This document shows positions 17,070 to 25,935 of a DNA stretch of 64,000 bases, in pieces. The stretch spans positions 14,717 through 78,716 of the forward strand of contig JBKQQG010000101.1 in assembly GCA_052144455.1 (NCBI GenBank), in the 5' to 3' direction. The notes under the pieces are model-generated. The model did no database searches. It saw nothing but the letters and a program-made list of their open reading frames with translations, and was not told where the DNA came from. Numbering within the stretch: the first letter of the stretch is position 1; each line of letters starts with the position of its first letter. A program made the position numbers and the translations under genes. This DNA is from Bryobacteraceae bacterium. Its GTDB lineage: Bacteria > Acidobacteriota > Terriglobia > Bryobacterales > Bryobacteraceae.

Positions 17070-19160
17070 TTACGGTAGCAATACCATGGGCGCGCGACGG
17101 AAGGCAAATTTCTTGCCAACCTCGTCCATCACGTTCACCTGGCAGGTGTAGGGGCCGGGGGCAAACTTGGCCAGTGGAATCTGGAAGTGCACGCCCACCA
17201 CATTCCCCTTTTCAGGGGTCTCGGTCAGCCGGAGCGGCTCCGATTGAAATGCCCTCAGCTTCCCGCGGAAGAAACTCACGCTGGCGGAAATCTGAGCGGT
17301 CTTCCGCGTGGGTTCCGCGCCCGGGTCGTAAACCTCGAAGAACACGTACAGGTCCTGGTCCGTGCGATAAACCTTGGTGATGCTGGGGACCAGCTTGTAG
17401 CCGTCCTTGACCAAGGGGTCGTCGGCCAGCAGTTTCTGGTTGCGCTCGGCGGAGCCCACCGCGGCCGAGAGCGGTTCGCGCTGATTGGCCCAAACCACTG
17501 AACTGAGCCGCAGGTACTTCTGCTCGGCCACCACGTCGGGCACGCTGAATTTGGTCTCGAAGGTCCCCATCTTGCCGGTCGCATTCTCGCGGCACAGGAA
17601 CTTGAGAGTGTAATCCCCCGGGGTCAGGGTGAAGCCGCCGCCGTATTCCAGGAAGCGCTTGCCCAGTTGCCCCACGTTCCCGCCTTTGAGTTTCACTTCA
17701 ATGCTATCGCGGACCGTCCCGGCGATTCTGCCGTGGGCATCGCGCACCTGGCCGATGAAATCCAGGACCGTGCTCTCGTTGCCGCCCTTGCGGGCCAATT
17801 CGAGTTCGGAGCCGGGAATCTTCACCGCCAAGGGCACGAAATAGCGGTCGCGCGCCAGGCGGAAGTAATTGAGTTCCAGGGCCAGCGAGAGATCGGTGAG
17901 CGGGTCGCCGAGCAGCAGCGCCTCCTGGAGTTGCCGCTCCTTGTCCGTGGAATTGTAGTCCTTGAACTGCTTGGGGGCGAAGTAGCCCGAACGATAGTCC
18001 AGTTTGGCCTTCAGATGCGAGGCGAGCTGCACCTTGATGCGGCGGTAACGCCCATCCAGGGCGGGGTTGGTCGAGTAGTAGCCGAGGATGTAATAGCTGG
18101 AAAGGCTCTCCTGGGCCTGCCGCATCCCCATCGCCAGGTCGTTGGTATCCAGCAGCGCCTTGCCGCCGGTGTCTTCGGCGAGGGTGAAGAGGGTCTCCTG
18201 GGAATCGTTGAAGGTCGCGCTAAGCTGCCGCTGAGCGGCTCCCGAGAACATCGCGGCGCCTCGGGTGGAGGCTCTCGTGGCGTCGCCGCCCGCGGGCGTG
18301 GCCACCAGGCCGCGAGCGTCGATGGAGTAAAACGAGACGTTCGAGCGCACCGCCGCATTGATCGTAGCTCGCAGTTGCGCCTGGTTTTCAACGCCGGTCT
18401 TGTTGACTCCGCCCGAAAAGTAAACCAGCGCCTTCTTCTCGGGAAGCGAGGCCAGCATCCTGGCGGCGGACTCGAGCGCGGCCAACTTCCGGTCGGTATT
18501 GAAAACGTTGAACTCGGTGTCGTCGGCCGTAAACGCGGCGCCGGTATCCTGAGAGGAGTCGTCGCCGGTATCGCCCAGGGCCGCCAATTCGCTGGCCTCG
18601 CCGATGTGGAAGCCCTTGATGATCCCGATCAGGTTCTCCCGGTCGGCCGTGAAGTCCTGCAAGACCTGCAATTCATTGGCGAAGGTCATGATGGCGACCA
18701 GGTCCGCCGCGGTCATCTGTTTCTGCAGGAACTCAATGGCGGCCTTCTGGGCCCGGATCTGCTCCTGCGGCTCCATCGAGGAGAAATCGAAGAACAGCAC
18801 CATCAGCCGGTGGTCCTGGTAGCGGATCTGACCTGGCTTCGAAGTGGTGATGGCCTGGCGCACCGGGGCCTTGGGAGCAGGCGCGGGGGCACGAGCCTTG
18901 AGGGCGGGAGGGGGCTCCAGCGGTGCCAGCGGCGTGGAGTCCAGCTTCTGGTACTCGAATACCGAGACCTTCTGAGGCTTATCGTCCTCCGTGACGGTGA
19001 AGTCGCTGGCTTTGAGATTGGGAATGGGATGCCCCTCGGAGTCGCGCACCGCCACATTGACGATCACCAGTTCGCTGGTGACGTGGAAGGTGGCTTGCGG
19101 CTGCGACTGTTGTCCGACTGCGGCGAGCGCCGAAAGAACGACTAAGGGAGCGATTCGCAT
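17070..19160 (-). CDS. VWA domain-containing protein, acidobacterial TIGR03436-type
   Basis: Signal peptide, then FHVTSELVIVNVAVRDSEGHPIPNLKASDFTVTEDDKPQKVSVFEY (the hallmark N-terminus of the VWFA-related acidobacterial family). A VWA core (MVLFFDFSSM...) follows. 696 aa. Confidence 0.8.
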   Translation of the reverse strand: MRIAPLVVLSALAAVGQQSQPQATFHVTSELVIVNVAVRDSEGHPIPNLKASDFTVTEDDKPQKVSVFEYQKLDSTPLAPLEPPPALKARAPAPAPKAPVRQAITTSKPGQIRYQDHRLMVLFFDFSSMEPQEQIRAQKAAIEFLQKQMTAADLVAIMTFANELQVLQDFTADRENLIGIIKGFHIGEASELAALGDTGDDSSQDTGAAFTADDTEFNVFNTDRKLAALESAARMLASLPEKKALVYFSGGVNKTGVENQAQLRATINAAVRSNVSFYSIDARGLVATPAGGDATRASTRGAAMFSGAAQRQLSATFNDSQETLFTLAEDTGGKALLDTNDLAMGMRQAQESLSSYYILGYYSTNPALDGRYRRIKVQLASHLKAKLDYRSGYFAPKQFKDYNSTDKERQLQEALLLGDPLTDLSLALELNYFRLARDRYFVPLAVKIPGSELELARKGGNESTVLDFIGQVRDAHGRIAGTVRDSIEVKLKGGNVGQLGKRFLEYGGGFTLTPGDYTLKFLCRENATGKMGTFETKFSVPDVVAEQKYLRLSSVVWANQREPLSAAVGSAERNQKLLADDPLVKDGYKLVPSITKVYRTDQDLYVFFEVYDPGAEPTRKTAQISASVSFFRGKLRAFQSEPLRLTETPEKGNVVGVHFQIPLAKFAPGPYTCQVNVMDEVGKKFAFRRAPMVLLP

Positions 19161-19162
19161 GG

Positions 19163-22100
19163 CTAAAACCGGAAACGCAGATTGACCTTCATGGTCCGCA
19201 TGGCGCCGGTGGAAAGCGGCAATCCGTAGTTGGAAGCGTTCACCGTGGTCGCGAAGCCGGCGACGTTCATGATGTTGAGCGCATTGGTGCTATCCAAGCG
19301 CAAGTCCAGGCTGCGGCGAGTTTCGCCTAACGGGAAGGTTCGGCCCAGGGATAGGTTGGCGACAAAGCTGAAAGGCCCCGGAATCGTATCGCGGCCCGCA
19401 TCGCCATACTGCCCGGCGGGGGGTAGCGCGAAGGCCAGCAGGTTGAACAGGCCGGTTCCGTTGTCCACCGGCAACCCGGTCGCTTCAGCCCGGGAGCTTC
19501 CGGAGACGCCGGTGCCGCTGGCGTCGGACCGGTTGCCCAGAACCGTCGCGGTGGCGGGTGCTCCGGTTTGCGCGGTAATGGAGCCGCTGAGAGTCCAGTT
19601 TCTAACTAGCGTACCCTTCCAGCCCTTGGCAGCAAAGTGGTTCGTGGTTCCACTGCCCGGGCTCGAGATCGTGTAGGAGAGGCTCAGCGAGTGGCGATGA
19701 TCGAAGTTGGAGAGGCCGCGCTCGGCGCTCAGATCGTAAAAGTTCTGGGCAACGACGGCGTTGCCGCCCGCGCCGCTGTAGCTCGAGACATCGTCGATGG
19801 ATTTCGAGAAGGTGTACAGCAGATTGCCGGAAAGTCCGTGGCGGAAGCGCCGGCTCAGGCGCGCCTGGGCGGCATGGTAGATGGAATTCCCATTCGAGCT
19901 GTCGTAAATGAAAGCGCCGGCGTCTTCGATGGGGCGGCGATTCTCGGCCGTGAGCGGGGAACCCGGCGGCGCAACGTTCGGGATTCCCTGGACGTCCAGG
20001 CGCGTGCCCTTGGTGCCCAGGTAGCCCAGTTCCGCCACCAGCGAATGCGGCAGAGTGCGCTGGACGGAGAAGTTCCAGGTCTGGGCGTAGCCAATCCGGT
20101 AGTTGCGGTCCACGGCGTAGGTGTTGGCGATCTCGGTGGCGGAGGTGGTTGGGGCGGCCAAGTTGCATGGAAAGCCGTTCTGCAAGGTGAGCGGGCTCGC
20201 CAGACTGGTGATCAAGTTGCAAGAATTGGAGAACGGCGGCTGCTGAGCCAGTTGGGACGCAATCTGGTTGTAGACGCTGCCGTTGTAGTAGATGCCATAA
20301 CCGGCCCGCACCACCATCTCCTTCTTGGGGAATGGCTTCCAGGCTATGGCCCCGCGGGGCGCGAAATTGTCGCGATCCGGATTGACCAGCCCCTGAGGGA
20401 ACGCGCCGCTGTAGGGGCCGATGGTTCCGGGAGTTACCGGCGCCACGGCGCTGAATCCCGCGGCGACATCCAGGTTCACCATCCGGTCGTATTTCTCGAT
20501 TAGGGGCGTTCGATACTCATAACGCAGCCCGATCAGGATGGTGAGGTTGGGCCGAAGCCGCCAGTCGTCCTGAGCGTAGCCGGTGTAGAGGGATCCCCGG
20601 AAATAGGTGTCGGCGCCCTGGTAACGGATGGTGCTGGTGTTGGGCAGTCCCAGCAGGAAATCGGCGAAATCGACGCCCGTCCCCGCGAGTGGCTGGCCGT
20701 TGGCATCCAGGGCGCTGGTCTCCAGCCCGCTGAAGGTGAACGAACCGCGGCCATTCTGATCGCTCAGGTTGTTGAGTTGCATGCGCTGATACCCGCCGCC
20801 GAAGGTCCAGGTGTTCTTCCCGTGGACCACGATCAGGCTGTCGCTCACGCCTGTGGTTTGGTTGCGCATGAGCGACGAGGCGCCGTCCGAGAGACCTCCG
20901 AAGTTGGTGAAGGAGAGGTTGGGCGGGCCGTAGTCGAGCGGGTTGCTGGAAGTGCCCGCGATGCCCAGTTGGGAGGCCACGTCGGCGCCACTGGCGAAGT
21001 ACGGAACGGTGGTGCTGCGGTTGCGCGAGAAGGTGAAGTGCAAACTGTCGATGACGCCCGTCTTGAGCGTGCGCGTCCAGGAAAGGTCGCTACTGATTCC
21101 GCGCCCGGTCTGCGTATCCTGGAAGCCGTAAAGCTGGGAGGTCTCCGCATCGCGCTGCTGGAGGGCGAAGGAACCCCCGATGCGGTCCTTCTGGGTCAGG
21201 CTATGGAATACGCGCAGACTCAGGTTATCCGTGTTCTGGGGCACGGAATTCACGATCTGGTAGTTCTGCACCTGGCCGGGCTGGTTCGGCAAAGGGATGA
21301 ACGAGAGCAGCCCGGTGGCGATCGGACTGATGCGCGTGGAGGGAATCACGTTGTTCGGGAACGGCGATCCGGTGGTGGGGTCGTAGATGGTTCCCAGCCC
21401 GGTCGCCTGCGAGAAATCGCCCGTGCGCTCCAGTGCGGAGGGCATCGTGGAGGTGGCGTTGTACGGATTGCGGCTGCGGGTGGCGAAATAGCTCGCGAAA
21501 AGGAACGTCTTCGGGCTGTCGACCACCTTGGGAATTCGCAGCGGCCCGCCGCCGGAAAGAGCGATGCGCGCCTGAGCGTAAGAGGGCTTGTTCACTTCCT
21601 GGCCGGTGAGCGAGTAGGGGCGCGCGTCCAGCGCGGAGTTGTCCAACGTGAAGGACAGGTTGCCGTGGAAAGTCTCCCGGCCCCGCCCGGCGCGGTTGCC
21701 GAACACCGTGGATCCCTGCCGATTCTGCCAACCGGCACGCTGGCCCCCACCTGGACCGCCCGGACCGCCCCGCCCGCCGAATCCTCCCGGGGGACCGCCA
21801 AAACCGCCCGGGCCGCCCATCCCTGGCCCGCCCGGACCGCCGCCCATGCCGGGGCCGCCACCCATCCCAGGAGGGCCGCCCATGCCTCCCGGTCCACCCT
21901 GGAAGCCGGGAGGATTTCCCGCCTGCTGGCCTGGAGGCCCACCGGGACCGCCGAATCCGCCCCCCGGTCCCAGAGCCGCCATGTCCGCGTCCTGGCGCGG
22001 TAGTTGCAATCCTCGGCTCAGGCTGCCATTGACCAGGAAGGATGCGTTGGCGTTCTGGCTCTGATCGTCCGGGTTCTGCCCGTCGGACGGCGACGCGGCG

Positions 22101-22618
22101 GCCAGCGCGGCCAGCGCCTCCGCCTGTATCGTCTGGTTCACGCGTAACTGCCGGAACCGGCCACCGGGCCCATTTGGTCCCGCGCCTGGCGGGCCGTTAA
22201 CCTGCGCTGCTTGGGGCGCGACCGGCTTGGCTGCGGCCACCGGGGCCGGGGCCGGCGGCTTCTCTGCAGTAGCTGGCTGGGGTCCGGCTGCCGGAGGCGC
22301 AACCGCATGAGCGGGCGCAGCCTCAAAGGGGCTCATCTTCAGATCCCAAGCCAGCTTCGAGTCGGCGGGCACGTTGACCGTGCGCTGAGACGTCTCGAAC
22401 CCGAAAGCCTCCACTTGAATGGTCCAGGCTCCGGGGCCCAAGTCCTCAAATAGGTAGCGGCCCGATTCATCGGTGCTGGTGACCAGCTTATTGTCGCCCA
22501 GAGTGGCTGTCACGACCGCGCCGGGGACCGGCAGTCCGGCCGAGACAATCGAACCACCCTGTTGGGCGCCGGCCAGCGCACCGGCCGCCAACGCGGCCAG
22601 GGTGAGGAATCGTCGCAT
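19163..22618 (-). CDS. TonB-dependent-receptor-like outer-membrane barrel with an N-terminal carboxypeptidase-regulatory-like domain and long Ala/Pro and Gly/Pro/Met low-complexity inserts
   Basis: The start is taken at MRRFLTLAALAAGALAGAQQ (ATG at 22618; the ORF track start at 22777 lacks a signal peptide). CarboxypepD_reg-like VTATLGDNKLVTSTDESGRYLFEDLGPGAWTIQVEAFGF. The C-terminal barrel ends ...MKVNLRFRF (aromatic terminus). Confidence 0.75.
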   Translation of the reverse strand: MRRFLTLAALAAGALAGAQQGGSIVSAGLPVPGAVVTATLGDNKLVTSTDESGRYLFEDLGPGAWTIQVEAFGFETSQRTVNVPADSKLAWDLKMSPFEAAPAHAVAPPAAGPQPATAEKPPAPAPVAAAKPVAPQAAQVNGPPGAGPNGPGGRFRQLRVNQTIQAEALAALAAASPSDGQNPDDQSQNANASFLVNGSLSRGLQLPRQDADMAALGPGGGFGGPGGPPGQQAGNPPGFQGGPGGMGGPPGMGGGPGMGGGPGGPGMGGPGGFGGPPGGFGGRGGPGGPGGGQRAGWQNRQGSTVFGNRAGRGRETFHGNLSFTLDNSALDARPYSLTGQEVNKPSYAQARIALSGGGPLRIPKVVDSPKTFLFASYFATRSRNPYNATSTMPSALERTGDFSQATGLGTIYDPTTGSPFPNNVIPSTRISPIATGLLSFIPLPNQPGQVQNYQIVNSVPQNTDNLSLRVFHSLTQKDRIGGSFALQQRDAETSQLYGFQDTQTGRGISSDLSWTRTLKTGVIDSLHFTFSRNRSTTVPYFASGADVASQLGIAGTSSNPLDYGPPNLSFTNFGGLSDGASSLMRNQTTGVSDSLIVVHGKNTWTFGGGYQRMQLNNLSDQNGRGSFTFSGLETSALDANGQPLAGTGVDFADFLLGLPNTSTIRYQGADTYFRGSLYTGYAQDDWRLRPNLTILIGLRYEYRTPLIEKYDRMVNLDVAAGFSAVAPVTPGTIGPYSGAFPQGLVNPDRDNFAPRGAIAWKPFPKKEMVVRAGYGIYYNGSVYNQIASQLAQQPPFSNSCNLITSLASPLTLQNGFPCNLAAPTTSATEIANTYAVDRNYRIGYAQTWNFSVQRTLPHSLVAELGYLGTKGTRLDVQGIPNVAPPGSPLTAENRRPIEDAGAFIYDSSNGNSIYHAAQARLSRRFRHGLSGNLLYTFSKSIDDVSSYSGAGGNAVVAQNFYDLSAERGLSNFDHRHSLSLSYTISSPGSGTTNHFAAKGWKGTLVRNWTLSGSITAQTGAPATATVLGNRSDASGTGVSGSSRAEATGLPVDNGTGLFNLLAFALPPAGQYGDAGRDTIPGPFSFVANLSLGRTFPLGETRRSLDLRLDSTNALNIMNVAGFATTVNASNYGLPLSTGAMRTMKVNLRFRF

Positions 22619-22816
22619 CAAGGCAAGCCCCACGCATCCTCCATCTCGGCGATATGTCCTCGACCTAAAGGATGTGCCAGAGAATGTGAAGGTTACCGCT
22701 CTCAATCGATCCGCCGTAAAGAAATATAAGAGAAAGGGAAAGGGGGAAAGACTTGCGATTCCGAGTGCAGAACTCACGGATGGGGCCGATACGGACTATT
22801 GTACAGGAGTCCCCCT

Positions 22817-23062
22817 ATGGTAAATGCAGTAAGCACGACAACCCCGGTCCAGACCGCTCATCAGCCGCCTAAGCCACCCGAGCAGCAGCAACAGGCGAAA
22901 GCGGCCTCCCCGGCGGTGGATACCGTTCAAATCAGCAGTGCCGCTTTGACGGCCCTCGCAGCCAAGCCGCCGGAAGCCACCGAGACCTTCTCGCAGACGC
23001 TCAAGGAGGCTGGCCAGGGCGATCCGAAAGCCATCGCGATGCTCGCCAAGCACAAGGAATAG
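22817..23062 (+). CDS. Small hypothetical protein (81 aa)
   Basis: SD AGGAG lies 7 nt before the ATG at 22817. The N-terminal half is Pro/Gln-rich, followed by DTVQISSAALTALAA. I assigned no confident family. Confidence 0.45.
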   Translation: MVNAVSTTTPVQTAHQPPKPPEQQQQAKAASPAVDTVQISSAALTALAAKPPEATETFSQTLKEAGQGDPKAIAMLAKHKE

Positions 23063-23117
23063 CGCGAAAAAAACCTGCCCGTGGCGAGGTGGCGGCGGCG
23101 GATGATATCGTAGTCGG

Positions 23118-24374
23118 GTGAGACGAACTGCCCGCTATCTGTTCCTCCTCAGCCTCTGTTTGCCTCTCAGCGCGCAGGATCCCGGCTCGGGGGCAGTGCC
23201 GACCGGGCGTTACCGGAATCTGTTCGTCGAGGCCGGCATCCCCGGGAAGGAAGTAAAGAAGAAGATCGGCGCGGCCTTCCAGCAGCTCTTTCACGGCGAT
23301 CCTAAGACCGAAGCGATCTACTACGCGGCCGGGCGAAACGTCAACGGGGACTTGGCCTACATTCTCGACGTGATCAACAACGACGTGCGCAGCGAGGGGA
23401 TGTCGTACGGCATGACGATCGCCGCGCAGCTCGACAAGAAGCCCGAATTCGACGCCCTCTGGAACTGGGCCAAAACCTACATGTATCGCAGCGAGCCCGG
23501 CCACCCGGCGCGCGGCTTCTTCTCCTGGTCGATGAAAGTGGACGGCACGCCGAACGATGAGATGCCTGCCCCCGACGGCGAAGAATACTTCACCATGGCG
23601 CTGTATTTCGCCGCCGGACGGTGGGGCAACGGCAGCGGCATCTACGATTATCGGGCTGAGGCCGACCGGCTGCTCACCAACATGCTGCACCGGGAGGTGA
23701 TCGCCGGACAGACGAAACGCGGCCCCTACGCCAGCGGCAACATGTTCGAGGAAAAGTACAAAATGGTGCGGTTTACGCCGGGGCTGGAACATAACGGATT
23801 CACGGACCCGTCCTACCACCTGCCCGCTTTCTACGAGCTGTGGGCGCGCTGGGCACCGCCCGCCGACCGTTCATTTTGGGCGCAGGCTGCCGCGGCCAGC
23901 CGCGACCTCTTCTGGAAGGTAGCCGATCCCACTACCGGCCTCGCGCCCGACTACGCCAATTTCGACGGCACACCCTACACAGGGCGCTGGAACGCGGGGG
24001 CCGCGAATTTCCGCTACGATGCCTGGCGCACGGCCATGAACTGGTCCGTGGACTGGGCCTGGTGGGCTAAGGACGCTCGCGAGCGGCAACTCAGCGATCG
24101 TTTGCAGGCGTTCTTCGCCAAGCAGGGGATGGCCTCCTATGGAAGCCTGTTCACGCTGGATGGCCGCCCGCTCGATGCCGGACACGCATCCGCCCTGGTA
24201 GCGATGAACGCCGTGGCCAGCCTGGCGGCAACTAACCCGCGCGCGAAGGATTTCGTGAAGGCGTTGTGGGAAACTCCGATTCCGTCGGGGCACGGCCGAT
24301 ATTACGATGGGATGCTTTACCTTCTCGCGATGCTGCATACCAGCGGGGAGTTCCGCGCCTGGGCCCCGAAGTAG
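23118..24374 (+). CDS. Glycoside hydrolase family 8 (Rex8A-like reducing-end xylose-releasing exo-oligoxylanase type)
   Basis: Signal peptide. DLAYILDVINNDVRSEGMSYGMTIAAQLD, FSWSMKVDG, APDGEEYF and YDAWR patterns are typical of GH8. Confidence 0.75.
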   Translation: MRRTARYLFLLSLCLPLSAQDPGSGAVPTGRYRNLFVEAGIPGKEVKKKIGAAFQQLFHGDPKTEAIYYAAGRNVNGDLAYILDVINNDVRSEGMSYGMTIAAQLDKKPEFDALWNWAKTYMYRSEPGHPARGFFSWSMKVDGTPNDEMPAPDGEEYFTMALYFAAGRWGNGSGIYDYRAEADRLLTNMLHREVIAGQTKRGPYASGNMFEEKYKMVRFTPGLEHNGFTDPSYHLPAFYELWARWAPPADRSFWAQAAAASRDLFWKVADPTTGLAPDYANFDGTPYTGRWNAGAANFRYDAWRTAMNWSVDWAWWAKDARERQLSDRLQAFFAKQGMASYGSLFTLDGRPLDAGHASALVAMNAVASLAATNPRAKDFVKALWETPIPSGHGRYYDGMLYLLAMLHTSGEFRAWAPK

Positions 24375-24388
24375 CCCGGTGGCGCCGG

Positions 24389-25870
24389 CTAGGCCCCCCG
24401 CAAGACGCCGCGCGCGATCAGATCGTCCACTTTGGCAATCTCCCCGGAGAGCGGCTGGTCGCCTTCCAGCCTGGGAATGAGTTCCCGCGCCGCTTGGATG
24501 GGGGCGCTCGAGCGCAGGGGCCGCAGGAAATCCAGGGCGCGCGCCGCGGCCAGCGTCTCGATGGCCAGCACCGCGCGCGTGTTCCTCACCACGTCCCTGA
24601 GTTTCAGAGCCGCGGTCATCCCCATGCTGACGAAGTCCTCTTTGTTCCCGCTGGTGGCGATCGAGCCGGGCGAGGCCGGATGGGAGAGCACGCGGTTTTC
24701 CCCCACCAGCGCCGCCGCGGTCACCTGCGCCATCATGAGGCCCGACTCCAAGCCCGCGTGACCCGCCAGGAACGGCGGCAGATCTTCGTTCAGCGCCGGG
24801 TTGACCAGCCGGTCGATGCGCCGCTCGGAAATGCCGGCCAGCGCCGTGAGCGCGATGGCCATATAGTCCAGCGCCAATGCCAGCGGCTGGCCGTGGAAGT
24901 TGCCTCCCGAGAAGATCTCCTCGCCAATCACCAGCGGGTTGTCGGTGGCCGAGTTCAGTTCGATCGAAAAGACCCGCCGCGCCTCGGCCAGCGTGTCGCG
25001 CACCGCGCCGTGTACCTGGGGAGCGCAGCGTAGCGAGTAGGCGTCCTGCACGCGCCTGCAACCGGCGTGCGAGGCGCGGATCTGGCTGCCTTCGAGCAGG
25101 CGCTCGAGGCGCGCGGCGCTGGCCTGCTGGCCGGCGAACGGGCGTGCCTGGTGAATGCGCGCATCGAAGGCCCGCGTCGTGCCTCGCAGCGCGTCCAAAG
25201 TCATCGCACAGGCCAGGTCGGCGGTATCGGCCAGGATCTGGGCCGCGGATAGTTCGAGACAGCCGATGGCCAGCATCGCCGGCGTGCCGTTCAAGAGCGA
25301 AATGCCCTCCTTGGAGGCCAGCGCCAGCGGCTCGAGGCCTGCCTGATCGAGTGCTTCCCTGCCCGGATAGCGAGCCCCGCCGATCTCGGCCTCGCCTTCG
25401 CCCATCAGCACCAGCGCCACGTGCGCCAGCGGCGCCAGGTCCCCGCTCGCCCCCACGCTGCCCCGCGACGGAACCACCGGCGTCACGCCCCGGTTCAGCA
25501 GTTCGCACAACCGCTCGGCAACCACCGGCCGTATGCCCGAGAATCCCTTGGCCAGCACGTTGGCCCGGATCAGCAGCATGGCGCGCACTTCCTCGCGGCC
25601 GAGCGGTTGGCCCACCCCGCAAGCGTGCGACCGCACCACGTTGCGCTGCAACTGCTCGAGATCCGCCGGCGGAATCCGCACGTCCGCCAGCAGGCCCACG
25701 CCGGTATTGACCCCGTAAACCGGCGCATCTCCCGCGGCCAGACGCTCCACCACCGCCCGGGAGCGCAGCATTTTCTCGACCGCCTCCGGCGCCAGCGCCA
25801 CCGGCTCCCCCGCCCCGGCCACCGCCGCCACGTCTTCGATGGTCAGGCGCTCTCCGTTCAGGATGACCAT
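24389..25870 (-). CDS. hutH: Histidine ammonia-lyase
   Basis: MIO-forming GSVGASGDLAPLAH. YGVNTGVG and ...VRSHACGVG (a Ser-His pair at the position used to separate HAL from TAL/PAL). 493 aa. Confidence 0.85.
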   Translation of the reverse strand: MVILNGERLTIEDVAAVAGAGEPVALAPEAVEKMLRSRAVVERLAAGDAPVYGVNTGVGLLADVRIPPADLEQLQRNVVRSHACGVGQPLGREEVRAMLLIRANVLAKGFSGIRPVVAERLCELLNRGVTPVVPSRGSVGASGDLAPLAHVALVLMGEGEAEIGGARYPGREALDQAGLEPLALASKEGISLLNGTPAMLAIGCLELSAAQILADTADLACAMTLDALRGTTRAFDARIHQARPFAGQQASAARLERLLEGSQIRASHAGCRRVQDAYSLRCAPQVHGAVRDTLAEARRVFSIELNSATDNPLVIGEEIFSGGNFHGQPLALALDYMAIALTALAGISERRIDRLVNPALNEDLPPFLAGHAGLESGLMMAQVTAAALVGENRVLSHPASPGSIATSGNKEDFVSMGMTAALKLRDVVRNTRAVLAIETLAAARALDFLRPLRSSAPIQAARELIPRLEGDQPLSGEIAKVDDLIARGVLRGA

Positions 25871-25935
25871 AGTTTGATCCTAACGCGATGGACCGCGGGA
25901 ACAAACCGCCCCGCCAAAGCGTATAATCGGGCAGT

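Noticed and set aside
22817-23062. Calling the 81-aa protein an anti-sigma-28 factor FlgM
   Set aside because: Only a short V.(I/L)SS.A segment resembles FlgM. The C-terminal sigma-28-binding helices are not recognisable, and the gene is not near the flagellar block.
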